Of a stretch of 64,000 nt of DNA, positions 8,880 to 18,591 are shown piece after piece; the first letter of the stretch is position 1; the number at the start of each line of letters is the position of its first letter. Origin of the DNA: a virus (lineage: Duplodnaviria; Caudoviricetes); IMG/VR virus record IMGVR_UViG_3300021256_004135, positions 39,596 through 103,595 of that record; one strand, written 5' to 3'. Under the pieces are notes generated by a model. That model made no database searches and had not been told where the DNA came from. It saw only the letters and a program-made list of their open reading frames with translations. Made by a program: the position numbers and the translations under genes.

Positions 8880-10268
8880 ACCAGTATTACCGGCACTCTG
8901 TGCCTGCTTCTCCGCCACAATCTTCGCCACCTCCTCCTCTGGGCTATCCGTCAGCGACAGTCTCCGCACCGCCTCGTCGAGCGACACCAGGCCAGCGGTG
9001 TACAGCCCCTCCAGTTTCTGCCAATTCTCCTTCTCGTCCTCCCCGAAAGGCTCCGAGAACTCGAACTTAATCTTCAACTCATCCAGTTTCTTCTCCATCT
9101 CTGGGTGTAGGAACTTCAACACGGCGATGATGACGTTCTTGTCGCGGTCCACCAGCTCCTCGTATATCTCCATGCGGTTGGCGCGCTTGAGGTAGCCCAG
9201 TATCATGGCGTTCTTGATAGCCACACCCGACAGCGTTCCGAGACCTTTGAGTTTCTCGAAGGAAAAGTCCGGCGTGAAGGTGTCGAACAGTATGCTCTTC
9301 TCCAAGTCCTCCTTCTCGGCGGCTCGCAGCTCGGAAGCCTGGGGTGGATTGACATACTCAAATCGGGAATCTCTGCCAGTGACTTGCATCAGTTTGGCCG
9401 GAGTGTTGGGGTCAACCATGCTGTTTATGACATCCGTGGTGGCCACGGCGATTGGGTCTGCGAAGTAGTTGTTGGTGTCGCCTATCTTGCTGTCTATTTC
9501 CTCCTCACGTGCCATTCGGGGTTCCGCGCCCTCCCAGGACTTCGGCTGCTGGTAGTAGATGAGGTTAATCTTGTGCGTGGGGTTGGGATAAGGCTTCACG
9601 CTCCAGCCCACGGCCTCCTTCTGAGTGAAGTAAGAGGCATCCTCCGTCAGAAAGTCCCAGTGCTGCACATAGCGGCCATTGGCGGAACGGAGCTTGTACC
9701 CGAAAGCCACGGCCACCAACTTGCCGTACTGGTCTTTGAGGGTGCGGAGGTCGTAGCCCAGGGAGCGTGCCAGGATGACCACGTTGCAATGGGGAGTATT
9801 GTCATCGTCGCGGTAGAGGTGGTAGTACTTGGCACATTCCGTTTCAGATCCTGCGAGGCGTTTCACCTTGCGCATCGTGCTGTCGAAACGCTGCTCGGAG
9901 AGGAAGTCCGTAAACAGTTTATACGCCTCGTCGTCGCCCTCCACCTTGCGCCACAGTATAGGATTGCCAAGGAGGAAAAACAGCTCTATCTCATTGATAT
10001 ACCGCTGGCGGCACCTGGGGAGCTTGCAGGTGATGTACGGCTGCTTGTTCTTGGGAACGCGGTTGGGGCGGCGCATGATGTCGTGCTTCTGCGGCCAGTA
10101 TTCCTTGATGGCGTTGTCCACGTCGGTCTCGTTGGAGTTCATCAGGTTGATGGCGTGCGGCACATCGCCGGAGGCCACATACTCGAAGAGCGTGCGTTCC
10201 GCGCCGGTGGCGTTGAGGATAAGGTTGCGGAAGAAATTGTGTATACCGCTTACGAAATTGGACTGCAT
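8874..10268 (-). CDS. Phage portal protein, SPP1 gp6-like
   Basis: 464 aa; RYINEIELFFLLGNP, FTPDFSFE, GTLSGVAIK motifs; downstream of terminase. Confidence 0.85.
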   Translation of the reverse strand: MQSNFVSGIHNFFRNLILNATGAERTLFEYVASGDVPHAINLMNSNETDVDNAIKEYWPQKHDIMRRPNRVPKNKQPYITCKLPRCRQRYINEIELFFLLGNPILWRKVEGDDEAYKLFTDFLSEQRFDSTMRKVKRLAGSETECAKYYHLYRDDDNTPHCNVVILARSLGYDLRTLKDQYGKLVAVAFGYKLRSANGRYVQHWDFLTEDASYFTQKEAVGWSVKPYPNPTHKINLIYYQQPKSWEGAEPRMAREEEIDSKIGDTNNYFADPIAVATTDVINSMVDPNTPAKLMQVTGRDSRFEYVNPPQASELRAAEKEDLEKSILFDTFTPDFSFEKLKGLGTLSGVAIKNAMILGYLKRANRMEIYEELVDRDKNVIIAVLKFLHPEMEKKLDELKIKFEFSEPFGEDEKENWQKLEGLYTAGLVSLDEAVRRLSLTDSPEEEVAKIVAEKQAQSAGNTGL

Positions 10269-10388
10269 GGTTGGTTACGGTTTGTGGTTTGACGTGCAAA
10301 AGTACGTCATTTTCACCGTGTAACGTATGCCGTTGCAGTCTCTCGCGTTGGATGTCGGACGGTCGTTACAAAGAAATCCCAGAATGGG

Positions 10389-10649
10389 CTATTCTTTGCC
10401 TATGAAGTAGAGGTCAATCACGCTGCCCTCTCTGGAGATGATGGTGGCGTCGGGCTGCACGTCAGGATCGAGTGCCGCGCGTTTCGGGTCTTCTCGGTGT
10501 ACGTAGATGTGCGCAGGAACGGTGATGTGCTGGTCTGTGCCGTGGAGGTCGCTGGTCAGCCAGCCGTCAGCACTTACCACGCCCCACATTGTGTTGTCCA
10601 CCCCAAGGCGGTTGAGGCGGTCGATGATGGTCATTTCTCTCTGTGTCAT
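10389..10649 (-). CDS. Hypothetical phage protein
   Basis: Short ORF in a co-directional run; start at MTQREM. Confidence 0.5.
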   Translation of the reverse strand: MTQREMTIIDRLNRLGVDNTMWGVVSADGWLTSDLHGTDQHITVPAHIYVHREDPKRAALDPDVQPDATIISREGSVIDLYFIGKE

Positions 10650-10702
10650 ATTGCTTTCGGTTTTACGGTGTACATTCGTCTGTTGAAACGGTCTATCACA
10701 AG

Positions 10703-10873
10703 TCACCTGCAGGCGGTGTTGTCGGTTGCCGCTTGGCTTGCCACGGCTCTCGCCTCGCGCAGTATGTCATAACAAGCGTACAGCGCGTAGGTGTAGCCCA
10801 CTTGGATGATGGCGCAGCGCGTAGGGCATTCGCGCGCCGTGTCAAATGCTTTTTGTCGGTCTATGCGTATCAT
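10703..10873 (-). CDS. Hypothetical small protein
   Basis: MIRIDRQKAF... ORF closely following the upstream gene. Confidence 0.4.
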   Translation of the reverse strand: MIRIDRQKAFDTARECPTRCAIIQVGYTYALYACYDILREARAVASQAATDNTACR

Positions 10874-10884
10874 ATTATATGGTA

Positions 10885-11151
10885 TTATTGGTTGGTGTTC
10901 AATACAAAGCCGATGCCTGCATTGGAGGCTGCATCGGCCAATTCTTCCATGTACCTCGGCGCAAAAGTTCGGTGTATGCCATCGGCGTGTATGGATGCCT
11001 CGCAAGTGCCGTCCTCATAGCGCATCACATTGATAACGTGACGCTCGATGCCGTTGTCGGTGTCAAGGGTCTCGCGCCAATGCCATGCACCCTCGCCGTC
11101 ATAGTTGAAGTTGTTTTTGGCCAGAAGATAGGCCGAAATGGGCGTTTTCAT
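10885..11151 (-). CDS. Hypothetical phage protein
   Basis: MKTPISAYLL... start 10 nt after the previous stop. Confidence 0.55.
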   Translation of the reverse strand: MKTPISAYLLAKNNFNYDGEGAWHWRETLDTDNGIERHVINVMRYEDGTCEASIHADGIHRTFAPRYMEELADAASNAGIGFVLNTNQ

Positions 11152-11161
11152 ATCTATACTA

Positions 11162-11488
11162 TTATGCAATGCTGATAAGGTTGGCTTTCTTGAAGCAGCG
11201 GAAATCCCTGCGCTCGGTGTCATAGTAGGTCTGCACCGTGTCGTTGGCCCTGCGGCCACTCTGCGCCACGTCCGGCACTATATTGTCCGCAAGTGTGCCG
11301 TATGCCTCGCGTATGCTGCCGTCCACCTTTTGAAAGTAGAACTTGACAATGCGCAATTTCATGGCCATCTTTAATTTGATGTTGCGCCACGCCGTTCTCA
11401 ACGCCTCGGCCATTGTCATGCCGTTGGTCTTTACAAACTGCCACGCCAGTTGCATGACATCGCTTAAAAGTTGGTTTCTCGTTTTCAT
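11162..11488 (-). CDS. SH3 beta-barrel (WYL_2/DUF2693-like) phage protein
   Basis: VKFYFQKVDGSIREAYGTL...TYYDTERRDFRCFK pattern. Confidence 0.75.
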   Translation of the reverse strand: MKTRNQLLSDVMQLAWQFVKTNGMTMAEALRTAWRNIKLKMAMKLRIVKFYFQKVDGSIREAYGTLADNIVPDVAQSGRRANDTVQTYYDTERRDFRCFKKANLISIA

Positions 11489-11500
11489 CTTGTTATATAT

Positions 11501-11818
11501 TTAATCGGTTGTTCTATAGTAATATTCTGCATCCTCGCCCGTGAGGTTTTCACCGCACCATGCGTCCAGTCCGCGCCACAGCTCGTCATATTCACGCGCC
11601 AGTTCTTCATTGTGCTGGTAGTGCTGCCATATTTTGTGGTTCAGTACCATTACCAACTCGGTGAGATAGACGATGTTGTCGCGCCATCCGGCCACGGCTC
11701 TGTTGTAGGTGTCGCGCACGGCCTTTACACCGAATCGGTCGGCTATTGAAAAGTCCATCCAAAAAGTGGTCTTGGGCGTATAGCCGTTTTCTGCCATTAT
11801 TGCTTCAAATGCGTTCAT
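11501..11818 (-). CDS. Conserved hypothetical phage/MGE protein
   Basis: TTFWMDFSIADRFG...YLTELVMVLNHKIW; first gene after the duplicated promoter. Confidence 0.7.
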   Translation of the reverse strand: MNAFEAIMAENGYTPKTTFWMDFSIADRFGVKAVRDTYNRAVAGWRDNIVYLTELVMVLNHKIWQHYQHNEELAREYDELWRGLDAWCGENLTGEDAEYYYRTTD

Positions 11819-11859
11819 ATTATTTTGTATTTATTATATTCTTTGTTTTAATTTTCTAA

Positions 11860-11996
11860 TGCAAAATTACATATTTTATTTTAATTGACAAAATATTTTT
11901 TCAAAATAATTAAACATTTAACATTAACCAAAATATAACATACTTAAAATAAACACTATAATAATATGCAACAAGATTAAAATTAACATTTTAATT
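11860..11996 (-). repeat. Diverged second copy of the 1881-2016 promoter/operator segment
   Basis: Shared blocks tgcaaaattaca, ttattttaattg, ttaaacatttaacattaacc and attaaaattaacattttaat in the same order. Confidence 0.8.
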
Positions 11997-12097
11997 TGCC
12001 ACAAAAGCACACTTTCTCGCGCTCTGTTTAGCAAAAAATGACTATATTTGCACTTGCATTCTACACGAAAGCAAACACAAAAGTAAAGAGTAACACA

Positions 12098-12523
12098 ATG
12101 ATAGGACTACGCGACGGTTGGAAGATATACGTGGGCATCGCTCCCTGGTACTGTGGGGAGGGCGAGGACTGGCACGACGGTCTGTATCATATCAAAGAAG
12201 GTCTCCCCGCATTACCCTCACGAGGAGACTTCTTCCGCCCATCGACAGCAGCATACAATGCGATGGAGGCTGTTTTCGGAGAACAACCCTGCAAAGACTG
12301 CCCAGACAAGAACGGAGGATGTATGTGTCATAATTATGGTCGCAGCCCCATACTCCACACCAGCGACTGCAACTATGTGATGGATGTATGCTTCTTCCAG
12401 GAAGAGAAGGAGATAATAATAATCTTGACTTGTGAAGTTGGCGAGCCAGTCGTTTCCGTCTCAAAGGGAAGCGACACAAACCTCAAATTAAGACTTATGG
12501 CAAAGGTGTTGGGTAAATCCTGA
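12098..12523 (+). CDS. Hypothetical Cys-containing protein
   Basis: ORF with upstream tatatttgc promoter element. Confidence 0.55.
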   Translation: MIGLRDGWKIYVGIAPWYCGEGEDWHDGLYHIKEGLPALPSRGDFFRPSTAAYNAMEAVFGEQPCKDCPDKNGGCMCHNYGRSPILHTSDCNYVMDVCFFQEEKEIIIILTCEVGEPVVSVSKGSDTNLKLRLMAKVLGKS

Positions 12524-12534
12524 CACACCAAGTG

Positions 12535-13413
12535 TCAGTTCCTATCCTTGAAGAAATCAGCCCAGTATGGATTTTCCTTGTCGAATATCTCCTTCTGCTC
12601 CTTGGTCAGTTTGTAGGGATAGTCGGCAAATAGGTTGAAGATGGTCTTCTTGTCAAATGAGAACAGATGCTCTCCCTTGCTTTCTGGATTGTCTATCCAG
12701 TATATCTGGTCATCAGGGTTTTCCTTGTAGAACATTCCGTTATTCAGCACCTCACATACCCATCCAAAGGCTCTGGCCATCCGCTTCTCCGAGTCGATGA
12801 AGTGGCCACCTGGATTCCATTCCAGCACCGTTTCGATGCCCTGGGCGGAAACCAACTCGTGCTGCTTCCGAATAGCGTCGTCCACATGGGCCATGACGGG
12901 GTTCTTGGTGCGGAACTCCCTGTCACCGAGACTGAGGTACACAGCATTGCTGTGAATCTCCTTCCCATCAATATAGTCAGCCCATTGAGAATACCAGACA
13001 GATGGTGAAGCGGCGGCGATACCGTCGCAGATGTCGGAGTTGTAACCAGCCCACAATGCGAACAGTCCGGCCAGAGAGTAGCCGCCGAGGACAATCTTCA
13101 TTGCTCCCCAGCGTTCCTGCAGGGTGGGGATTAGGACATTTTTGACATAACCAAGTGTCATTTCCGCACCATCACCGAAAGGCTGCTTGCCGAAGGTTGG
13201 CGGTGCCGGCCACGGAGTGAGTTCCGACATCCAGTCCTTGATACCGAAGGCCACCAGGTTGAAGGGAGCGTCGGTGTGGCTGCATATCAGCTCCACCTCG
13301 CTATCAAGTAGGCTCTGGTCGTGGTCATCCACGGGTTGGAGCAGCAGGATCTGCGCACCGTCCGTTGTGTAGATGGTGCAATCACGTCCTCCTATGGTCT
13401 CCGTAGTCTTCAT
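12535..13413 (-). CDS. Alpha/beta hydrolase (esterase) with extra ~65-aa C-terminal domain
   Basis: GYSLAG nucleophile elbow, SPSVW, GDRE, GGHF. Confidence 0.8.
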   Translation of the reverse strand: MKTTETIGGRDCTIYTTDGAQILLLQPVDDHDQSLLDSEVELICSHTDAPFNLVAFGIKDWMSELTPWPAPPTFGKQPFGDGAEMTLGYVKNVLIPTLQERWGAMKIVLGGYSLAGLFALWAGYNSDICDGIAAASPSVWYSQWADYIDGKEIHSNAVYLSLGDREFRTKNPVMAHVDDAIRKQHELVSAQGIETVLEWNPGGHFIDSEKRMARAFGWVCEVLNNGMFYKENPDDQIYWIDNPESKGEHLFSFDKKTIFNLFADYPYKLTKEQKEIFDKENPYWADFFKDRN

Positions 13414-14621
13414 TTCCAGATGCTGCTGTCTTTGCCGGAGCCAATCTCAAAGTGCAACTTGGCAATTCCAAGGTCAAGACCGGCGAATGGTCCATGCCCT
13501 TCTGTAGCCATCACCTTGCCGTCAGCCATCTGTGCAAAGCGGAAGTTTTGCTTGTTCATCGCCGAGGGAGCCAGCATAACACACTCGATACCTTTCTTGA
13601 ACCAGTCGTGCGTATAGGCAAGCGAGGCCACTTCCTCGATAGGTTTGCTGGTGTGTGCGATACCCTGGGTTGTACCATAACCGATGGAGATAACGGCCAC
13701 ATACTTCTCATCCTTGCCGACCTGCACGGCCTTCTCCTTGGAGAAAGAGCCAGCCACCCAGCAAGTGTTCAATCCCATCTGCTGCGCCATTAGCACAAGC
13801 CGCTCTCCCTCATAGCCGAGTTTCACTTTCAAGTCATCGGTCTTCTTTCCCACCAGGGCGATATAGTTCACCGCGCCGGAGAACTTGCAGTATTTGGCGA
13901 GGAAGCCGGAGAAAGCCTTTGGCTCATTCTGAATAAGTTGTATATGCAGACCTCTGTCGGTGTTAATGCTTTCAATCTTCGCTTGTAAGGCAGCAACATG
14001 TTCATCCGACAAGGGCTGTTCCTTATACTGTCGCACGGAATGGCGTGCCTTAATCGCTTCTTCTATGGTCATCTTGTATTTCTTGTATACGTAATCGAAC
14101 AATATGTCATAACTGTATGGGCGGAGGTCGTGGACATCCTTGTAGCCATCAGCAGCTTCGGTCAGCACTCCGGCCAGTTCCGCACCGACTTCGCCTGCCA
14201 TCATCTGCGGGTCTGGAGACAGTCCGCACCGCAGCAGGTCAAGACGGTCGGCATCAAAACAAATATCCACCGTGATGTCTTCCGCATTCTTCTCAAAGGT
14301 GTGATGGTAACAGGCTGTCCTCAACTTTCCAATTTGCTCGTCACTTAACTCACTCATATAGGTATCTCTGACCTTGTCAATCAGTTCCGCCGCGTTGGGA
14401 CCGTGTTCGGTGCAACAGCCGTCATCTGTCCGCATGGAGTCATGGGTGTACGCGAACCATGATATGACCTCTTTGTCGGCCTCTGGACAGACTTCCGCCA
14501 TAAGCAAGCCGAATGCCTCCACTCTTTTCCAATGGTTGAGGCCGTGAATCCTTGAGCAGGATGCCGCCTCATTGGTTCGGTGGACGTAATCTATGAATGC
14601 GTTCAGTTTCGTTCTGTCCAT
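13410..14621 (-). CDS. HD-domain / nitroreductase fusion protein
   Basis: HGLNHW..HDS..HHT..DADRLD followed by ARHSVRQY and APSAMNKQ nitroreductase motifs; GGAGG before the start. Confidence 0.8.
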   Translation of the reverse strand: MDRTKLNAFIDYVHRTNEAASCSRIHGLNHWKRVEAFGLLMAEVCPEADKEVISWFAYTHDSMRTDDGCCTEHGPNAAELIDKVRDTYMSELSDEQIGKLRTACYHHTFEKNAEDITVDICFDADRLDLLRCGLSPDPQMMAGEVGAELAGVLTEAADGYKDVHDLRPYSYDILFDYVYKKYKMTIEEAIKARHSVRQYKEQPLSDEHVAALQAKIESINTDRGLHIQLIQNEPKAFSGFLAKYCKFSGAVNYIALVGKKTDDLKVKLGYEGERLVLMAQQMGLNTCWVAGSFSKEKAVQVGKDEKYVAVISIGYGTTQGIAHTSKPIEEVASLAYTHDWFKKGIECVMLAPSAMNKQNFRFAQMADGKVMATEGHGPFAGLDLGIAKLHFEIGSGKDSSIWK

Positions 14622-14632
14622 ATTGTATCCTC

Positions 14633-15166
14633 CTATCTCACCCTTTCCATGTGATAGCCCATCCGTTTCAACTGCATGGCCATACCGAAGAGGTAGAGCT
14701 GCCGCAAACATGTCACATAGGCATCGAAAGCCTCCTTGGTGCCTGGCTCTATCTGCTCACGTATTAGGTCGAAGTTCACCCTCGTGGCGCACTCGCTGAC
14801 CACTTGGGATAGGTCTTCATATTCTTCTCCACGTACCATCAGCACGTCCTCGCAGATGTACTCATCCAAGGAATCGTAGCCACGCTTATCGCGCATGTAG
14901 AGGTAGAGGTCTTCTATCTGGGAGTATATCTCCCACTCATCATCCCACAGCTTGGCCACGGCCATTCCGATATACATCATCCAGCCAAGGCTGGCCACGG
15001 GATAGTCGCGGTACTCACGCGCACCGTCGGGAATATATGACTGACCTATCGACTCCCACTTGTCCGTCACATCGGGGCATTCAGGAAGCCGCTCGTCGAC
15101 TTTTCCTATTTCCACAAGGTACTGGAGCAGGCTTTTATGTATCGTATTCTCAAACTTATCTGCCAT
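14633..15166 (-). CDS. Conserved hypothetical Bacteroidetes protein
   Basis: 177-aa ORF, YPVASLGWMMYIGMAVAKLWD; own promoter (gcaaagata at ~15190). Confidence 0.7.
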   Translation of the reverse strand: MADKFENTIHKSLLQYLVEIGKVDERLPECPDVTDKWESIGQSYIPDGAREYRDYPVASLGWMMYIGMAVAKLWDDEWEIYSQIEDLYLYMRDKRGYDSLDEYICEDVLMVRGEEYEDLSQVVSECATRVNFDLIREQIEPGTKEAFDAYVTCLRQLYLFGMAMQLKRMGYHMERVR

Positions 15167-15229
15167 TGTATCATTACACTAATGAAGATGCAAAGATACA
15201 AAAATAAACTGACATGGCAGCGAAAATCT

Positions 15230-16528
15230 TTAGTACGGAACGTCATCCGCCGTCACCCTGACAGACCGCAGTATGCGACCGAGCAACTTCCCAAGCACAT
15301 AATACCTTACCGCGTCAATGGCGTGGTTGAAGGCATCGATAGGAACATTCACAAAATTGCCGTCCTTGTCTTTCGACCAGGTGTAGCTCCGAAACTCGTT
15401 GATGAGGTTCTGCGAGCGCCGCGTGACGTGTATGCGGAGGGTCTTCATCTTGTCGATACCGGCCAGTACAGATCCTGCTCCCTTCATCACGGGATAGATA
15501 AGGATGCCAGCGTTGGCAATCTCCTGAATAAGACGGGGGTCTGCGCTGTCGGCCATCACCTCCAGACCATTGCCCTTGGCTCCCAGTTCGCGTATGATGT
15601 CCTTGGAGAGCATCTGCGGGGCATAGAAGAGTTCGTCGAGGTAGAGGTCATCGCCCAGCAGACCGCACCGTATGCCTGCGGAGGGGTCTTGCGTGAAGCC
15701 AAAGTCCAGACCCAGAGCCTGGTGCTTGCAGCCTTCGGGGAACTCATCCACAATATCCCAGTTCTCAAAGACAACACCCTCCACCTCGTCAGCCCAACGC
15801 CCCATGATGGTATGGGCGTACTGCTGCGGATTGGTCTCCTTGATGCGCTTTACCTCGGAAAGGAACTCCTCGGAGAGGTTCTCAAGATTATCGAGGTAAG
15901 TGGTGTGGATATGCAGAACGGAAGGGTTGGTGCTTATCTGAACGGGAACGCCGTCGAAGTATTCTATGCGGTGGGAGTTCTCAATGTATTTTTTGTAGAT
16001 GAAGTGGTGCTTATCCGTGGGGTTCATCACGATGATGATGCGGTTCTGGATACCCTTCTGTCGGATGGAGAGCATAATGGTCATAAACTCACGCTCGCTC
16101 GTCCACTCCTCGGCCTCGTCACACACGAAGGTGGTGATGCCGTGGATGGACTTGAGTTTGGCCGTCTGGTTTCCGCTGCTGGTCTTGATGCCTCGGAACA
16201 TTATCTTCGAGCCGGTCTTGCGGTTCACCACGTCCTGCTTGGTGGCGTGGAAGTATTCCGCCACATCGTCGGCCTCGACCTTTTCAAGAAACTCTGGGAT
16301 GACGGATAGCTCGGCGGAGGTCATCGTGTAGCGGGAGAAGAGGATGTTATGGACTATCCGTTCCTCCTGGCCGTACTTGTTTGTGGCCATCTGAAACTCA
16401 AAGGAAAGTCTTTCAAGGAATGTGGAGACAGCGTAAGACTTGCCGCTTCCGCGCCCTCCCGTGATAAGGATGATGGGTTTGGAAGTGTCGGCATATAAGG
16501 GATAATATACGGAATGGGTCTTTATCAT
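15230..16528 (-). CDS. terL: Phage terminase large subunit, PBSX-type
   Basis: GGRGSGKS Walker A, CDEAEE Walker B, MNP, GLDFG, DSAD, NHAIDAVRY. Confidence 0.95.
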   Translation of the reverse strand: MIKTHSVYYPLYADTSKPIILITGGRGSGKSYAVSTFLERLSFEFQMATNKYGQEERIVHNILFSRYTMTSAELSVIPEFLEKVEADDVAEYFHATKQDVVNRKTGSKIMFRGIKTSSGNQTAKLKSIHGITTFVCDEAEEWTSEREFMTIMLSIRQKGIQNRIIIVMNPTDKHHFIYKKYIENSHRIEYFDGVPVQISTNPSVLHIHTTYLDNLENLSEEFLSEVKRIKETNPQQYAHTIMGRWADEVEGVVFENWDIVDEFPEGCKHQALGLDFGFTQDPSAGIRCGLLGDDLYLDELFYAPQMLSKDIIRELGAKGNGLEVMADSADPRLIQEIANAGILIYPVMKGAGSVLAGIDKMKTLRIHVTRRSQNLINEFRSYTWSKDKDGNFVNVPIDAFNHAIDAVRYYVLGKLLGRILRSVRVTADDVPY

Positions 16529-16968
16529 TGCTCGTCGTCACTCTCTTCGGCCTGCATCTTATCTGCCGTCATCTCCAACTCTATCCACTTGTGGATGTCA
16601 ATGCCCTTGGTTGCAATAGTATGATGCACCGTGGCCTCCTCGCCGAAGCCCTCATCCTTGCCGAGGGTGGTCATAAAGTAGCGGAGCATCTGCGGGTCGG
16701 GATGTTCCTGCCAGCCCACGAACTTGCCTTTCTCCATGATGGGAACACCGAAAGCCACGGCCTGCGCCGTGGAGACAGCCTTGTCGAAGGTGCGCATACG
16801 AGCCTCGTAGAGGGCATCGTCGAACTCCTCGTCCTCGTTGCACCAGCGGCGGAGCATCTTGCGAGACACGCCAAGCATACGCGCCGCCTCGGAGAGGTTT
16901 CCGCCGGTGGCGGCCAGCACCTTTTCCAGTTTCTCTACTGGAGGCTTCTTATAGGGTTTGCTTGGCAT
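16525..16968 (-). CDS. Probable terminase small subunit (HTH)
   Basis: GGNLSEAARMLGVSRKMLRRW HTH; 4-nt overlap with terL. Confidence 0.7.
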   Translation of the reverse strand: MPSKPYKKPPVEKLEKVLAATGGNLSEAARMLGVSRKMLRRWCNEDEEFDDALYEARMRTFDKAVSTAQAVAFGVPIMEKGKFVGWQEHPDPQMLRYFMTTLGKDEGFGEEATVHHTIATKGIDIHKWIELEMTADKMQAEESDDEQ

Positions 16969-17051
16969 ATCGGTTATGGTATATGGTTATGGTTTTCATC
17001 GGTTTGCCCTCGCGCGTGCACGTGAAGACTGGGAACTATGGGACATTTGGA

Positions 17052-17915
17052 CTACAATCCGAGCCGCTGCATGAACTCCTTTCCGTCGATTATCATCGAG
17101 GCCGTGAAGCGGTAGCCCGTGAGGTCGCAGAACTCCAACTGGTCGTCCACGTTGTCGAACTTGAGCATCACATATACGGTGTTGTCGGCATTCCGCGTGT
17201 CAGAGATTTCGTTGTTGCGCTGCTTCTTGGCCTTGATGTCCTCCTTGCTCTCATGGGGCTGCTCGGCACGGTCTTGGGCTATCTGGTCGAAACTCTTCTC
17301 CTCTTTGTCGAGGTCGAAGGTGGGTGTCTGGCGGGGCGCGGGCATGGGGGCGAGGAAGTCGTCACCCATATCCTCCATCGGAGAGGCGGCAGGGTTGGTG
17401 TCATCCGTGACGAGGGTAATGTCATCGTGGAGAGCGACAAGTGCCTTCATGTCATCATCGGAGAGTCCGACATGGGAGAGGTCAATCTCACCCACATAGG
17501 GGGCGATGAGGTTGTAGTCGGCTTTGCTGTTGCCCACAGCCATGTAGGTCATCTGCTCCTTCTCCGTCTTGTCATCGAACTCAACTACCTCGACCTTCAA
17601 CTTGTAGTCCTTCTCCTTTGAGCCGTCGTACTTGTTGATGATGTCGAGGGCCTGCACACGGCGGTGTCCGTCGATGAGGTTTCCGCTGAGTCTGTTCCAG
17701 ACGATGCCTCCGAGGTATCCGTTGCGCTTGATGTTGTCCACCTGCTGGCGGATTTGCTTGTCGGTGTGCCGCTTGGGGTTGTAGGGGTTAAGCGTCACTT
17801 GGCTCCGCAGGATCTCCTGCGTGAGGCTCTGGCGTATCTCCTTGGGCGCTTTCGGCTTCTTCGGCTGCTTTTCTTGCGGCTGCTTCGGCTTGTTTTCTTG
17901 CTTGCTCTTGCTCAT
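17052..17915 (-). CDS. ParB/Srx-like N-terminal domain protein
   Basis: PYNPKRH, GGIVWN, NLIDGHRRV. Confidence 0.8.
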   Translation of the reverse strand: MSKSKQENKPKQPQEKQPKKPKAPKEIRQSLTQEILRSQVTLNPYNPKRHTDKQIRQQVDNIKRNGYLGGIVWNRLSGNLIDGHRRVQALDIINKYDGSKEKDYKLKVEVVEFDDKTEKEQMTYMAVGNSKADYNLIAPYVGEIDLSHVGLSDDDMKALVALHDDITLVTDDTNPAASPMEDMGDDFLAPMPAPRQTPTFDLDKEEKSFDQIAQDRAEQPHESKEDIKAKKQRNNEISDTRNADNTVYVMLKFDNVDDQLEFCDLTGYRFTASMIIDGKEFMQRLGL

Positions 17916-18585
17916 ATTCCTTGATTATGAATTGTGTCCTTGGGAAAATGGTGTATATGCGGTGGAGGTCTTCGGGATAGTTTGCCTGTAGGTATTTCAG
18001 ATACCAATAGTCGCTGACATCGCATCCGCATGACTGGCCTCCGCCGCCGTAGGCTTCGGGGGATTTGAGATTGTTGCGCTTGATGTATTCCAGTATGTCG
18101 GCGTTCTTATAGGTCGAGAGGGGGTAGAACTTCTTGCCTTTCCAGCAGATGCTCTCCTTGCCGTCCTTGTAGGAGCGGAGCATGAGGCGGCGGTTGAGGC
18201 TGTCCGACTGCTTGAAGCCCAGACAAGCCCACTCGATGCCAGTCTTCTCCCTCACCTTGTCGATGATGTCGGAGAGCTTCCACAGTCGCTGGTTGGGGTT
18301 GCGCTGCACACCCATGAAGCCGTACTTGACCCACGAATAGTAGCCGTAGTGCGGCACCTGCATCCACTCCGTGTTGGGGTACTTCTTCGCCGCATAGCGG
18401 TGGAAGGGGGCTATGTGGTCGAGGTTGGGCACGACATACATATAGACGCAGACGATGCGTTTGAAATGCGGTGCCACAAGGTCGAGGAGGGCGATGCTGT
18501 CCTTGCCGGAGAGCGAGTGCATCAGGATGATACTGTCGGTCTCCTTGGCTATGTCGGACACTATCTCTTTGGCGCGTTCCAGCAT
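17788..18585 (-). CDS. PAPS-reductase-like (PP-loop) protein
   Basis: HSLSGKDS PP-loop, GFKQSDSLNRR, FYPLSTY. Confidence 0.8.
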   Translation of the reverse strand: MLERAKEIVSDIAKETDSIILMHSLSGKDSIALLDLVAPHFKRIVCVYMYVVPNLDHIAPFHRYAAKKYPNTEWMQVPHYGYYSWVKYGFMGVQRNPNQRLWKLSDIIDKVREKTGIEWACLGFKQSDSLNRRLMLRSYKDGKESICWKGKKFYPLSTYKNADILEYIKRNNLKSPEAYGGGGQSCGCDVSDYWYLKYLQANYPEDLHRIYTIFPRTQFIIKEYEQEQARKQAEAAARKAAEEAESAQGDTPEPHAGDPAEPSDA

Positions 18586-18591
18586 AAGGCG

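Noticed and set aside
17052-17915. ParABS partitioning
   Set aside because: No ParA ATPase adjacent; the context is the PAPS-reductase-like/terminase module
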